From Candidatus Thorarchaeota archaeon (GTDB lineage: Archaea > Asgardarchaeota > Thorarchaeia > Thorarchaeales > Thorarchaeaceae), in assembly GCA_003345595.1 (NCBI GenBank), contig PRDI01000074.1:1-16025 (forward strand): a stretch of DNA of 16,025 nucleotides. The letters run 5' to 3'. This document shows, in pieces, positions 15,277-16,025 of this stretch (position 1 is its first letter; the number at the start of each line of letters is the position of its first letter). A model generated the notes under the pieces. It worked only from the letters and a program-made list of their open reading frames with translations. It was not told the origin of the DNA and ran no database searches. The translations under genes were made by a program, and so were the position numbers.

Positions 15277-16025
15277 ATGAGTGTTCGACCGCATCCCGAC
15301 TTCATTGAAGCTGGACGTATTGCAGCACGCGTAATGTCTGAAGTCACAAAGGAGGTCAAGCCCGGAACAAAGATTCTGACAATATGCACTCTTGCAGAAA
15401 AGAGAATCCTGGAGTATGGCGGTGGTCGAGCTGGGATTGCCTTTCCCTGTAACGTCTCTGTGAATGAGCAGGCTGCACACTATACTAGTCCTCATGCTGA
15501 CACTAGAGTGTTACCAGACAAAGGCTTGGTCAAGGTCGATCTTGGTGCTCAGGTTAACGGTCACATCTCTGATACGGCTGTGACCGTAGACCTCGACGGG
15601 TCTTTTGAGAGGTATGTTAGTGCTGCTGAAACGGCTCTGGAAGCGGCCATTGATGTGATTCGACCCGGTATCAACTTGGGCGAAGTCGGCAGGGTGATAG
15701 AGCGAGCTATCAGACGAGAAGGACTCAATCCCGTGCATCAGTTGTCAGGCCATCAGCTTGCACCATGGACGCTCCACGCAGGCAAGAATGTGCCCAATAT
15801 CGGTGTCAGAACAAGCGAGGTGATGAAGTCTGGAGAAACCTACGCTATTGAGCCTTTCTCAACAGATGGCAATGGCACGGTGAGAAACAGTGACAAGACC
15901 TTCATCTACGCCAACGTTATGTCTGGCAAGCAGACTCTAGATCCGTTCATTGGCGAGGTCCGTGACATTGCACGTAAGAGATTCGGTACTCTGCCGTGGG
16001 CCTCGAGATGGCTTTATGATGATGG
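15277..16025 (+). CDS. map: Type II methionine aminopeptidase (3'-truncated by the window; absent from the ORF track)
   Basis: Manual translation MSVRPHPDFIEAGRIAA...AFPCNVSVNEQAAHYT...VKVDLGAQVNGHISDTA...LSGHQL...LHAGKNVPNI...YAIEPFST shows the D, D, H and E metal ligands. Confidence 0.96.
   Translation, partial: MSVRPHPDFIEAGRIAARVMSEVTKEVKPGTKILTICTLAEKRILEYGGGRAGIAFPCNVSVNEQAAHYTSPHADTRVLPDKGLVKVDLGAQVNGHISDTAVTVDLDGSFERYVSAAETALEAAIDVIRPGINLGEVGRVIERAIRREGLNPVHQLSGHQLAPWTLHAGKNVPNIGVRTSEVMKSGETYAIEPFSTDGNGTVRNSDKTFIYANVMSGKQTLDPFIGEVRDIARKRFGTLPWASRWLYDD

Noticed and set aside
1-16025. CRISPR arrays, tRNA genes, transposases, integrases
   Set aside because: No regularly spaced short repeats, cloverleaf motifs or mobile-element proteins were seen.

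Overview
Archaeal housekeeping region; an Asgard (possibly Thorarchaeia-like) origin is my inference from gene content and style. Left to right: a secreted LVIVD-repeat beta-propeller gene with a 1-nt frameshift, a small membrane protein, and the conserved minus-strand cluster rps6e-eIF2gamma-PIN-rpoE'-spt4-rps24e-rps27ae. On the + strand follow a site-2 protease and an ncsA/ttuA-nucleotidyltransferase-radical SAM run. Next are minus-strand dnaG, a protease-less LonB-type AAA+ ATPase and pelota, and finally the 5' part of a type II methionine aminopeptidase. The main unexplained signal is the ~750-nt dnaG-map intergenic region. It holds a candidate ~325-380-nt multi-domain + strand ncRNA with its own promoter-like element and an end-closing stem. 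The RNA has a kink-turn, two ACA-terminated H/ACA-like hairpins and several segments antisense to conserved SSU rRNA (h23, h24, h27, h34). It could be a snR30/U17-like ribosome-assembly chaperone. Divergent from it is a long YCAY-rich dnaG leader. All folds were found by eye, and rRNA targets come from remembered consensus and primer-site sequences, not from this organism's 16S.
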